A DNA stretch of 64,000 nucleotides from Eledone cirrhosa (taxonomy: Eukaryota): positions 297,042,001 through 297,106,000 of the forward strand of contig OZ024740.1 in assembly GCA_964016885.1 (NCBI GenBank), in the 5' to 3' direction. The number at the start of each line of letters is the position of its first letter. Within the stretch, counting starts at the first letter, position 1. This document shows positions 14,710-27,068 of the stretch, one piece after another. The translations under genes and the position numbers were made by a program. Below the pieces are notes generated by a model. It was not told the DNA's origin and ran no database searches. It saw nothing but the letters and a program-made list of their open reading frames with translations.

Positions 14710-15023
14710 GCAATTCAAAATAGGACAAAGACAATGAAAAAAACAACGTAAAGACTAATAGTCCCATATCCTCAGTCAAACTCTGGATATCATTCGATTA
14801 AGGTACATTAAGTTTGATATTATTCATCCCAGTACACATTGGGACATAATATATATTAGCCTAAAGGTATAACTTGTATCTGCTTGATTTGTTATGTCCC
14901 AATGTGTACTAGGATGAATAATATCAAACTTAATTAACCGAAATCGTAATGATATCCAGAGGTTGACTGAGGATATGGGACTATTCGTCTTTCCGTTGTT
15001 TTTTCCATTGTTTTTGTCATATT

Positions 15024-15084
<61 letters not shown>

Positions 15085-15087
<3 letters not shown>

Positions 15088-16770
15088 GACGGTAATATCC
15101 GTAATGGTAGAGCACTCAGTCCATGGGACAAGTTAGGTAGAAGTGGTTACACAACAGTTAGTTCACCATACCGAGAACAATTGTTTTACCTTAGCGGATC
15201 CTAAGGAAGGACAACCGTACGAACGCGCATGCGCAGAAACCGGTCACTTTACACAAGCAATACTAAAATGCGTGCGAGAAGTATAAGGGAGATAACTGCG
15301 AAGCCCGAAAAGTTTTTAGTTGATAAGAAAATTATGATATTGTTGTAATAATTCAATCCGGAGCTTTGCAGTTATGCAAGAGGTGTTTCGAGACGTGTGG
15401 ACAACGTGTGAAGAATTCATTTCTCGTGTTTAGGCAATCACTACTGCATAATCCGGACTTCTACACTGGAATATACCGCGACGATGGACTGACCTTATCG
15501 AGCCATAAAAGTGGTCACAACCTCCACCGGTTTAAAAAAGACTTACCTTCTACCTTCAATGAGTTAGGACTTAGGATAACAGTAGCTACTAACCTCTCTA
15601 GCGTAGATTTCTTAGACATTAATTTAGACCTTCGCACACACACCCACAGACCCTTCCATAAGCTAAACGAGAAACTCAATTACACTCACAAGGACTCATG
15701 CCACCCTCCCACTGTTTTTAGAAACTTTGTAAATAATATCAGTACTAGAATTTCAAACCTCTCCTCTAATATGGCTATCTTTGACAGGGCGCCACCCTAC
15801 TATAACACGGCGTTAGCTAACAGTGGCTTCTCGCAACCTATCACTTACTCTCCCACTATCAACAACAGAAATAAGAAAAGAAAGCGTAACAATAGACAAA
15901 CTATCTAGTTCTCTCCTCCCTTCTCACTCAACGTTAAAACCAATGTAGGCAAAAAATGTCTAGCCCTTAGATAGACACTTTTACCATAGATCATAAATAC
16001 CTCTCCATCTTTAACCGACACAAAGTAAAACTAGGATAATCCTGCGCTAAGAACATGAAGGCCCACATCACCAACAGCGCTAGGAGCAACACTCTACCAG
16101 GGTGCTCTTGCCGTAAGCCCGAAGCTTGTCCCCTTCAACAGCAATGCAACACACCCGCTATAATTTATGAAGCTGTGGTCACTTCCAACCGACCAAACCA
16201 ACCACAAGAGGTCAAATCCTATGCGGGCATGGCGGAGGGCCGATTTAAGGAACGTTTCCTGAACCTTTAGGTACCCGGACAGACGTTTATCCACGAAACT
16301 CGCGAGCCACGTATGGTCCCTCAAGTATAGACTACACCATTCAATGGAAAGCCATCACTAAGTCCAAGCCATACGCAAGGGGAAATCTGTCGTGTAGACT
16401 ATGTATTGATGAACGAATAAATATTCTAAAGAGATTATGCAGTAGTGATTGCAAACACGAGCAATGAATTCTTCACACGTTGTCCACACGTCTCGAAACA
16501 CCTCTTGCATAACTGCAAAGCTCCGGATTGAATTATTATAACAACATCATAATTTTCTTATCAACTAAAAACTTTTCGGACTTTCGCAGTTATCTCCCTT
16601 ACACCTCTCGCACGCATTTTAGTATTGCTTGTGTGAAGTGACCGGTTTCTGCGCATGCGCGTTCGTACAGTTGTCCTTCCTGTTCCGTATAACCATGTCC
16701 ATTACGAGCTGAGGATCCGCTAAGGTGAAACAATTGTTCTCGGTATGGTGAACTAACTGTTGTGTAAGCA

Positions 16771-16772
<2 letters not shown>
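15085..16772 (+). mobile_element. Penelope-like element: inverted pLTR + truncated RT/GIY-YIG ORF + pLTR, inserted in (TA)n
   Basis: GIYRDDGL, VDFLDI and HPP (RT); CSCRKPEACPL..C..IIYEAVV..YAGMAE..FKERF (Zn linker plus GIY-YIG). 15143-15451 is the reverse complement of 16434-16772. TA tracts on both sides. Confidence 0.9.
16705..16742 (+). ncRNA. Minimal hammerhead ribozyme in the Penelope pLTR (family H3)
   Basis: cgag-CTGAGGA-tccgctaaggt-GAAA-caattg-TT-ctcg. Another copy is on the minus strand at ~24916-24951. Confidence 0.8.
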
Positions 16773-16830
<58 letters not shown>

Positions 16831-17340
16831 TTAGTATATGTTGGTTGTATACCAACACCTAAGTATGCAGATTGGAGCACTCGACGAAGTGCGCAGGTTG
16901 GTTTGGTTACTCCGGAGTAATGTAAAATAAAATAAATAAGTCAAATGTTTAAAATTTGGCTTCGTTTATTACTGCTATATATATCTCGGTGACAGCCATC
17001 TTTGGCTGTGACCTCTTCAGGCAGTCCGAATTAGTGTGGTAGAGACGAGTACACATGTTGTTGAGGTGTTTAACTTTGTCAATACTCTGATATGCCAATT
17101 CCTGGTTGGGTTGTTATTTCACCGATTCACTGATTCCAGTTCCTCAGAGTAATAACAACCCAACCAGGAACTGGGCATATCAGAGTATTGACAAAGTTAA
17201 ACACCTCAACAACATATGTACTCGTCTCTACCACACTAATTCGGACTACCTCAAGAGGTCACAGCCAAAGATGGCTGTCACCGAGCTATATATAGCAGTA
17301 ATAAACGAAGCCAAATTTTAAACATTTGACTTATTTATTT

Positions 17341-17434
<94 letters not shown>

Positions 17435-17486
17435 AGTAAGTGAAACATGTAAAATTTGGCTTCGTTTATTATAAATTATAGATTTT

Positions 17487-17539
17487 CTGCTATATATATT
17501 TCGGTGACAGCTATTATTGGCTGTGACCTCTTCAGGCAG
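17487..17539 (-). ncRNA. Minimal hammerhead ribozyme (family H4), sense to crystallin gene B intron 1
   Basis: ctgc-CTGAAGA-ggtcacagcc aataa tagctgtcacc-GAAA-tatata-TA-gcag. Confidence 0.8.
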
Positions 17540-17724
17540 TCCGAATTGGTATGGAAAAGAAAGGTACACATGTTGTTGAAATGTGTTCCACTTTGTCAAT
17601 ATATCGATTTGACCAGTTCCTGGGTGTGTTGTTAGTCCTCTGAGGAACTGGAATCATATCCTCATCTAGCGCTCCAATCTGCATACTGATGTATCGGTAA
17701 ACAACCAACATATACTCAAAATAC

Positions 17725-17919
<195 letters not shown>

Positions 17920-18028
17920 CTGTATATATATAAATATATATATAAATACATATATATATATATATATATCTGTATATACATATATATATAAATATATATA
18001 TATTTATATATATATAAATATATATATA

Positions 18029-18270
18029 TGGAGGCACGTGGCTTGGTGGTAAGGGTGTTGGACTTGCGATCATAAGCAAAACACTTCATTTCACGTTGCT
18101 CCAGTATACTCAGCTGAAAATGAGTACCAGCAATAGCTGGGGGTTTAACCCTGCGATGGACTGGCGTCCTATCCAGAGAAGGGTATTGTACTCTCAGTCG
18201 CTTCACGCCATGAAACCGGGATAAGCACCGGCCTAATGAGCCTTCTGGCTTAAGACAGACTTTAGACGTT
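18029..18270 (+). mobile_element. tRNA-derived SINE (family 2)
   Basis: A box tggcttggtgg. Body cacgttgctccagt..actcagctg is shared with the SINEs at 5990 and 19415. Central motif ccctgcgatggactggcgtcctatccag. Confidence 0.65.
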
Positions 18271-19414
18271 AGATGTATATATATATATATATATATGTGA
18301 GTGTGTGTGTATGCATGTATACATGTATGTATATATGTATGTATATATGTATGTGTGTGTGTGTGTGTGTATATGCATGTATACATGTATGTATGTATAT
18401 ATGTGTGTGTGTGTGTATGTGTACGTCTATATATGATTTTTGACATTGTAGTTTATGTATATTGTTTGTCTTTTTCATTTTCGTACCGGCTGGTAGCATT
18501 TTATTCTTAGTTCTACTGAGAAATTGCCTTAATGTATGTATATTTGTATTCGCAAATACACATACATACGTGTATATAAGTTCCGTTTTTCTTTCTATTT
18601 TCTGTCAGTGGTATAGAGAATAGTGTAATTAGGTATAGAATGACACACCAACACACCTCAATTTTCAACCCGAGCACGCACTGGCTGCTCACTCAACCTT
18701 GCATACTATGTCTATCTAACTACGCATAGGTGTGCTACACACACATTTACTTCTTCCATCTCTTTACCTAAATCAAATGTTCTCAAAATGAGCGCTACCC
18801 CCACCCCCGGGGGATGTTGAGAAAGTCCAAAGAGCGCTGGGGCCTGAGTGGGTGCTAGAGATGATATAATAGTATATTAAATATCAAATGATACATATTA
18901 TATATAAAGGGTGGATTGGCAGAATTGGTAGAGGGTTGGACATGCTTTCCAGCATAGTTACGTCCCTTTACGATCTGAGTTCAAATCCCGTCAAGGTTAA
19001 CTTTGCCTTTCATCCTTACGAGGTCGATAAAATAATGTACCAGTAATGTACTGGGTAATTTCTGGCTTTGTGCCGAAAGTAGAAACAATTATATATAAAT
19101 ATAGTAAAATATACAATATATGATATTACTTATACATAGTATATATGATATAAATTATTATATATAAATTAACGATTTTATTTATTATATATTATTTACA
19201 ATTTCTGTGTAGGTAGGTTTCTCTGGATATAGAGGTGGGAGTGCTGAGGTTATTACGTGGTCGTGAGTGGGGCGGTAGCCCAAAATGTTTGAGAACCTCT
19301 GACCTAAATTGTATCTCCCTCGACCCATCCCTCACACTAACCTTCTCGAAAAGGTAAATGGCAGTTATCGAGTTACAGATGTTTCATCAACCTTATCAAT
19401 CTCGCCAATCACAT

Positions 19415-19750
19415 CGCATGGCTTAGTGGCTAGAGCGTCGAGCTTACAATCGCGAGGTTGTGAGTTCGATTCTCGGACCGGGCTTTGCGTTGTCCTTGAG
19501 CAAGACACTATATTTCACGTTGCTCCAGTTCACTCAACTGTAGAAATGTGTTGCGACGTCACTGGTGCCAAGCTGTAGCGGCCTTTGCCCTTCCTTTGGA
19601 CAACATTGGTGGAGTGCAGAGGGGAGACTGGTATGCATGGGCGACTGTTGGTCTTCCACAAACAACCTTGCCTGGACTTGTGCCTTGGAGGGGAACTTTC
19701 TAGGTGCAAATCCCATGGTTATACGTGACCGAAGGGGGTCTTTACCCATC
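19415..19750 (+). mobile_element. tRNA-derived SINE (family 3; related copy ~5990-6300)
   Basis: A box tggcttagtgg, B box gagttcgattctc, followed by gtccttgagcaagacact...ctccagttcactca. Confidence 0.75.
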
Positions 19751-20208
19751 ACAGATGACCTGCAAAACATGGGTACAGCCCGTAACACCTGACTAAAACC
19801 AAGAAAAGAATTTGAATTAAAAGAAATTAGCAAGATTAGACAGAAAAAAAATAATGACTGCGTTTAGATTACACCAAAAATTCACCACAAAATAAATACA
19901 GTTGTCTCCCGTAAAATATAAAGCCTTTGCCTTTTCCTTCCTTTTCCGTTTTTAAATATTAATGAATAAAATGAACAATAATAGGAAAGTATGACGTTGG
20001 TAAAAGATATCTCCGCTTAACCAATATTCAATAACATTAAGAAACGCGTAAGTGTTTAAAGCAAAATATTACCAATTGTTTGGAAGCACAAAATCCAGAG
20101 CTAGAAACGTACTCTCAGGTTTCGAATAATCGTGCCCCCTTCCCAGGCTTATTAATTTTTCAGATTTTTTCCACCGCTCCTGCTTTTATTCCAGCCCCTA
20201 TGTTTATT

Positions 20209-20410
20209 AAATTTCGCCTGAAATACCGTATATCCCGGCGCCGAAGATGCTACTTTTCCCCTAAAATAAGTCTCGAAAATCTACCATGCGTCTTGGAGGC
20301 TGAAGGTTGTTAATTATTTTTTTTCTAATTTTTCGTTGTCAAAATTAGGGTGCGTCCTCGAGGACGAAGCGTCTTCGGCACCGGGAAATACGGTATTTCA
20401 GGCGAAATTT
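20209..20410. mobile_element. Small MITE with TACCGTA-type TIRs nested in the previous MITE family
   Basis: ~42-bp inverted repeat aaatttcgcctgaaataccgta..gccgaaga at both ends. Confidence 0.7.
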
Positions 20411-20824
20411 TATTTTTATTGGTAGCATTTCTGCAACAATTAATTTTATTCATATATTAAAAACAGTATACATGACAAAAAAAAAGTACAGGATGGGTTG
20501 GAGTCTCAATATTTAAACTAAATGACTAATTCTAGAAAAATTACCGATTTTCCACCCCCAGCTTATTCCACCCTTCTATTATTTGGAACCCGAGAGTACA
20601 CTGTAATCGCGCAATATGATTACAATAGAAATATTCATTGAGTATACCTCCGTCGGTTTCGACGATGAGTGTTCCAGTTGTTTGATCAATGGAACAGCCT
20701 GCTCGTGAAATTAACGTGTAAGTGACTGAGCATTCCACATACAACGTGACAGGGTGTGTGACACGGCTGGTCCTTTAAAACCGACAGGTTTCCAAATAAT
20801 TTCCATCTACCTAGTTTCACTCTC

Positions 20825-21250
20825 AATTCATGGGTCTACGCGGGACTATGGTAAATGATACAATTGTTGGGTCTACCCGGGACTATGGTAAATGACACAA
20901 TTCATTGGTCTACCCGAGACTATGGTAAATGACACAATTCATGAGTCTACCTGGGACTATGGTAAATGACACAATTCATTGGTCTACCCGGGACTATGTT
21001 AAATGACACAATTCATGGGTCTACCTGGGACTATGGTAAATGACACATTCATGGGTCTACCCGAGACTATGGTAAATGACACAATTCATGAGTCTACCTG
21101 GGACTATGGTAAATGACACAATTCATTGGTCTACCCGAGACTATGGTAAATGACACAATTCATGGGTCTACCTGGGACTATGGTAAATGACACATTCATG
21201 GGTCTACCCGAGACTATGGTAAATGACACAATTTCATGGGTTTACCCATG
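20825..21250. repeat. Tandem repeat, ~37-bp unit, ~11 copies
   Basis: The unit aattcatgggtctacccgggactatggtaaatgacac repeats head to tail with small variants. Confidence 0.95.
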
Positions 21251-21365
21251 ACACTTAAATAGGATTTCACAGTTTGATTGAACAAAACAACTAAAGCAAT
21301 ATAATGAAGCACTGATTATTTTAACGTACAGTTGATCACTGTGCAGTTCTAAATATAATTTTGCG

Positions 21366-21918
21366 TACTCTCGGGTCTCAAATAATCGTCCCTCACTCAG
21401 TTATTAATTTTTAATATTTTTTCCACTCCCCATCGGCCGCTCATTAGATTTTGCTAATCTATATCCGGCGATTTTATTTTAAAAGGGCGGTGGATTGGCA
21501 GTATCGGTAGAGGGTCGGACACCATGCTTTGCAGCAAAAAGTTACGGCCCTTTATGGTCTGAGTTCAAATCCCGCCGAGGTTAACTTTGCCTTTCATCCT
21601 TACAGGGTCGATAAAATAAAGTACCAGCAATACACTGGGATAATTGCTGACCTTGTGCCAAAAGTAGCACAATTATTTTAAGTGGTAGCATCCCTGCAAC
21701 AATTAATTTTCTTTATACATTAAAAACATTATACATGACAAAAAAGTACGTTACTAGAAATCCCATACGTTCTAAAATAAATAGAATGGGTTGGGATCTC
21801 AATATGTAAACTAAACGACTAATTCTGGTTTAAAAAAAACATCAACGAAGACAACCTAGAAAAATTACCGATCCCACCGCTTATTCCAACGCTCCTTATT
21901 ATTTGGGACCCGAGAGTA
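21366..21918. mobile_element. MITE with TACTCTCGGGTC(C/T)CAAATAAT-type TIRs (other copies ~20110-20619, 34796-35197, 46312-46637)
   Basis: Terminal inverted repeats ending in TA (Tc1/mariner-style target) and a shared internal sequence. This copy carries a nested SINE. Confidence 0.75.
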
Positions 21919-22612
21919 GTTCTAAATCTAATTTGGTTTGACAAGTTTACATTTTGTGTCAAATACTACATTCATTTACATGGTAATTAACGGTTAAAAG
22001 ACTTACAACACCCATGTTAAAAGTTAGCTATTAAAAAAGCTTCACAGAAACTCACAGAATGATATTTGCTACAAAGATTTGTACAGTTCTTAAATTTCCT
22101 TATGCCGTTTATGGGGAAACGGCGGAGAATTTACCCAAAATACACCTAGAAGAAAAATATCTATGAACAAAATTATATGGACATAGTATTGTGCACACAA
22201 ACACACACACACAGACACACACACACACGCGCATATGCATATACATGCAGGCACATACAAAAATCCAAATGCATACACATATGCAACACACACACGTGCG
22301 TCTGCCGACATACACATACGCACATACACACATACACACATAGCTAGATAGATAGGGAATAACCAGTATAGCGGATGGTGGATCCTATCCGAAGATTGTG
22401 AATCCAAATCTCTTGCCACTAAACACACACACACATATACACGCACACACATATACACGCACACACACACACACTCTCTCTCACACACACACACACATAT
22501 ATTTAAAACAAAATATGCATACACATATCTATGCACAAGTAAGCAAAAACGTATGAAGATGTTACAGGGAGAAGAAAGTGTTCCAAACTTTAGAAAAATG
22601 TTATTTACTTAC

Positions 22613-22745
22613 GGGTTTTCACACTCTCCCATTTGGAAAAATCGATACGTTTATCGGTGAAAGGAGTATCTGCCACTGCAAAAAGCAGACGACATATTTC
22701 AGCACGTCCTCGTCCATTGAAGTAATGTAAAGTATACTCCGGCAT
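22613..22745 (-). CDS. S-crystallin gene B, exon 1 ([45 protein letters not shown])
   Basis: ATG start, sigma-GST N-terminus [13 protein letters not shown] with catalytic Tyr8, C|gtaagt donor, phase 1. Confidence 0.95.
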
Positions 22746-22789
22746 CTTGGATCCTGTTTACTTTATCTCTCCCTTAATTTCTTAATATT

Positions 22790-22879
22790 GGTCTGTCTAT
22801 CTACTTATCTATCTACCCATAAAGAAAGATATCTATCTACCTATTTAACTATCTGTCTGTCTATCTATCTATATACCTT

Positions 22880-22945
<66 letters not shown>

Positions 22946-23100
22946 GGTCTGTCTGTCTATCTATCGGTCTGTCTGTCTGTCTGTCTTCTGTCTATCTATC
23001 TATCGGTCTGTCTGTCTGTCTGTCTTCTGTCTATCTATCTATCGGTCTGTCTGTCTGTCTGTCTATCTATCTATATACTGATCTATCTAGCTATCTATCA
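22790..23100. repeat. (TCTA)n/(TCTG)n compound microsatellite immediately upstream of the gene B ATG
   Basis: Directly visible in the sequence. Confidence 0.95.
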
Positions 23101-23551
23101 ACGTTTTCTTTATAAGATCCTCGTACACCACAATCTCTGTCCCTCACTCTGTCAGTTTCAACCACTGAAACTGTGGTACAACGACACAATGGTTACTCTA
23201 TCAAGTAATCACCGTCAACTTTACAGCACCGTTTAGATACACAGGAATGAATGAGATAGTCTTCGTTCTTTGAATAATTAGTGGGTTGAGGGTGGGAGGA
23301 GATATTCAATGTTTGAATTTTATTCTTGCCTTTGATCCAGCTTACTGTGTCTCTCTAACATTTTAAATATCTATCTATCTATGCATAAACTACATAAACT
23401 TTCAAATTAGGAATTCATGCTTTTTAAAATAATTGAATGTAGCCTTATGTACAGTTTATTGTAATAAATCTTGTATTTTTGAGCTGTTATAAATTCTTCA
23501 CCTACCTTTATTGTTTTCGTACTTGAAAACAAAAAACACTCCCTCTCTCCA

Positions 23552-23650
<99 letters not shown>

Positions 23651-24220
23651 CAAAAAGTATGACCCCGACGGCAGAGCTCAAGCCGTTTCGACGGCTATTT
23701 CTGTCCAAAAATAGCCGTCGAAACGGCTTGAGCTCTGCTGTCGGGGTCATACTTTTTCCTATTTCCCACTCTACTACCGTAAGTATTGAGTACTCTGGTG
23801 CGTTATGGTCCATCTGGTTCCTTACCACAATTCCTTTGTTTTATATATATATATATATATTTATTATTACATTAAGATTGACCATACGGAATTGACCAGC
23901 TCTATCCAGTGGTGAACCTTCAAACCCGAATATATATATATATATTTTCCCGTTCTTTGCCAGCGAACGTCACCATGAACCAAAGTATCGTCTTCCTGTC
24001 TTCCTCCGGTTGCAACGTTTTTTGAAATATCCAGTTCTGCGTTTACAGATTGACTTTGTTAGTTTCAGAAGATCCCGTTAAGGGTGAAAGCAGCGATTCT
24101 TTGCTTAAACTTTAATCTGTTATTTTAATAAATATTTGCTCTTCGGTTCTTATATATTTGATATATATTTTCCTTATCGAGCCCTCTCTGGATTTTAGTC
24201 TTCAATTTTATTATTATTAT

Positions 24221-24279
<59 letters not shown>

Positions 24280-24354
24280 TATATATATATATATTTATAT
24301 AAAAGTATATATATATATTTATATAAAAGTATATATATATATATTTATATAAAA

Positions 24355-24410
<56 letters not shown>

Positions 24411-24629
24411 TTTTATATAAATATATATATATATATATTTATATAAAAGTATATATATATATATATATACATATATTTATATAAAAGTATATATATATAT
24501 ATTTATATAAAAGTATGACTCCAGTTCCCCAGTGAATTAACAACCCAACAAGGAACTGGGCATATCAGAGTATTGACAATATCATACACCTAAACAACAT
24601 ATGTACTTGTCTATACCATACTAATTCAA

Positions 24630-24684
24630 ACTGCCTGAAGAGGTCACAGCCAAAGATGGCTGTCACTGAAATATATATAGCAGT
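24630..24684 (+). ncRNA. Minimal hammerhead ribozyme (family H4)
   Basis: actgc-CTGAAGA-ggtcacagcc aaagat ggctgtcact-GAAA-tatata-TA-gcagt. Confidence 0.8.
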
Positions 24685-24742
24685 AATAAACGAAGCTAAA
24701 TTTTAATCATTTGACTTTTATTTAACTTTATTTTATATAAAA

Positions 24743-24781
<39 letters not shown>

Positions 24782-25199
24782 AAAGTATATATAAAAGTAT
24801 ATATATATATATATATAGTGGTGGAACACTGGAAGGTAATATCCGTAGTGGTAGAGGACTCAGTCCAAGGGACGAGTTAGGTAGAAGTGGTTACACAACA
24901 GTTAGATCACCATACCGAGAACAATTGTTTCACCTTAGCGGATCTTCAGCTGAAGATCCGCTAAGGTGAAACCACTTCTATATATATATATATGTATGTA
25001 TATGTACAGTGAATTACTGGTGTTGGTACGAAACCAAACATTTTATGCACATGCAGAGTGTATATAATAGAAAAAAAACGAGCAAGTTTCATTTACATAT
25101 AAAAGATATTTATTGTGTATCGATCTGTTACGCGATAGTGGAGTCGGGTCCATAACTCCTATCGGTTACCTTGAATCAATTGTCTGCGAAATGCGCGTA

Positions 25200-26440
25200 A
25201 CAGGTCTCACCATTCGACGCTGTGCGGAACTCATCTGCAATGTCAGTTTCAACAGCGCAGGTTGGCAACAGGCGACACTCCCGCGAGGTTCCATGGCCTC
25301 TGCCTCCGATCAGCTTCGGACCTAGCTTTACCTGCCTACCCCTCTTCTATCTCTTCCCGTTGCGCGCTCGTCAGCGAGGTTCTCAGCTAGACGGCTGAAC
25401 CTGACCTGGCTCCCGAGATGGAACAGGCTCTGGCCTACTGGACAGGCGAAGGTCTCTCTCTATCCCCCAGTATACCACGATCCAATGTAACTGGGACGAT
25501 ATCAATTGCAAGTCCTCTGTCTAGCGGATCGAGTCTGGCTTGGACCAACACCGCCTCGCTTGCCTCCGCTCCACTTCTCAGCCCAACAGCGGCGCGTGGC
25601 TCAATTCTGTGCCTTCCTCATCAACCGGTATCCTACTTGATGATGAGTGCACTCGCATCGGAGCAGCCGAAAGCCTTGGCCTCCGCGTGCGTGAGCCACA
25701 TAAATGCCGCTTCGAGGCGGTTGTTGACAAGTTCGGCCTGCACCCTCTGTCTTGCCGCCAGAGCGCAGGCCTGTTTCCCCGACACGCCGTTCTCAACGAC
25801 ATATTGAGAAGAAACCTAGACGCAGATGGCTTCCCATCTCAACTGGAGCCAGCAGGCTTTGACCGCGGAGATGGTAAGCGCCCCGAAGGAGGTAGATCCC
25901 TCATCTGGGACGCCACCTGCTGCGACATATTCTCCGCCTCCAACTTAGTCGCTTCGGCCACAAACCCCGGTATCGCAACCCGCCTCGCAGAAGAACGTAA
26001 AATAAACAAATACCGGGGTTTGTCCTGCCGCTTCTTCTTCGCACCGGTACCGTCGAGCCTTCAGGCGCACTTGGACCCCGTACTGCTTAGTTCCTTCGCA
26101 ATATCGGAGCGTCGGTGGCCCGTATGAGGAGGGAGCCCCGCGAGGTTGGGTGACTGTTGCAGCGGGTGTCACTGGCCATGGTCATGGAATGTTTTGCCGT
26201 CTTGTCCGCGGGGCGCAGCATTTTTCCCCTCTTGCCCTAGGCAATCACCCTCCCCCTTCCTCCCAAACCTTTTTCTGCGACACCAGAACTCTTGCCATCC
26301 CCTCCCCGTTCTTTTCCTTCTTTCTTTCTCTCTCCTTTTTATTTTTCTATATTTGCCTATTCTTTCTTTCCTTTTGTTTCTCCATTTAAACATTTTTTTC
26401 TTACTAAATTTTATTTTAAAAATAAACATCTCATTTATAA
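25200..26440 (+). mobile_element. 5'-truncated CRE-type non-LTR retrotransposon (RT C-terminus, zinc knuckle, restriction-like endonuclease)
   Basis: SGAWLNSVP, HPLSC, RHAVLND, GKRP, LIWDAT and AEERKINKY motifs. Frameshifted, with a pyrimidine-rich 3' UTR and aataaa near 26421. Confidence 0.8.
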
Positions 26441-26451
26441 CATTAAATATA

Positions 26452-27068
26452 CTAGCAGAAAAACCACCCTTCTGGTGGTTTTCTGCTAGCATGTGTAGTG
26501 TGTATATTGATATTATACGCAGGTATATATACATGTAGATATGATACATCAAATAAAATCGTAATTGACAATATACACAGAAATTGAAGAGAGCCTCTGT
26601 TACACTGTCTTATGTAATCAGTAACGTAATCCATGATACATTAAAAAAAGACGATATTATATATAAACTGCATTAGGAGAAAATTAGTGACAGAAAATTA
26701 GTATGTTTATTTAAGCGATCGCCACAAGAAGTGTTGATATCTCTTTCTATATATATGGTAGTTGAAGTGGTGGTGGTGGCAACGATATACCGGAAGTGCA
26801 ACTTTGAGAAGAAGTCAATTTTAAATTATTTATTTTTACGAAATTATTTTTGTTTACGAAATTTAGTAGATAAATTATGTAATATTCATTCTTTCATCCT
26901 TACGGGGTCGATAAAATAAAGTACCAGTAATGCACTATGTAATTGCTGGCCTTGTGCCAAAAGTAGAAACAATTATTTATTCAAAGTAATCCAACTTATT
27001 TGACTAACGGGATACAAAAAAAAAAAAAATAAACCGTACGCAATCCCGCAGACCTTCCTTTATTAGAG
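26452..27068 (-). mobile_element. Non-autonomous Helitron, second copy (5' end abuts the RTE LINE)
   Basis: Homologous to 59857-60629. Terminal CTAG plus hairpin gcagaaaaaccacc/tggtggttttctgc. Confidence 0.65.

Noticed and set aside
20825-21250. CRISPR-like 37-bp repeats
   Set aside because: Repeats are contiguous with no spacers.
21484-21575. tRNA gene suggested by A and B boxes
   Set aside because: No cloverleaf, and it continues into the SINE body. It is a SINE head.
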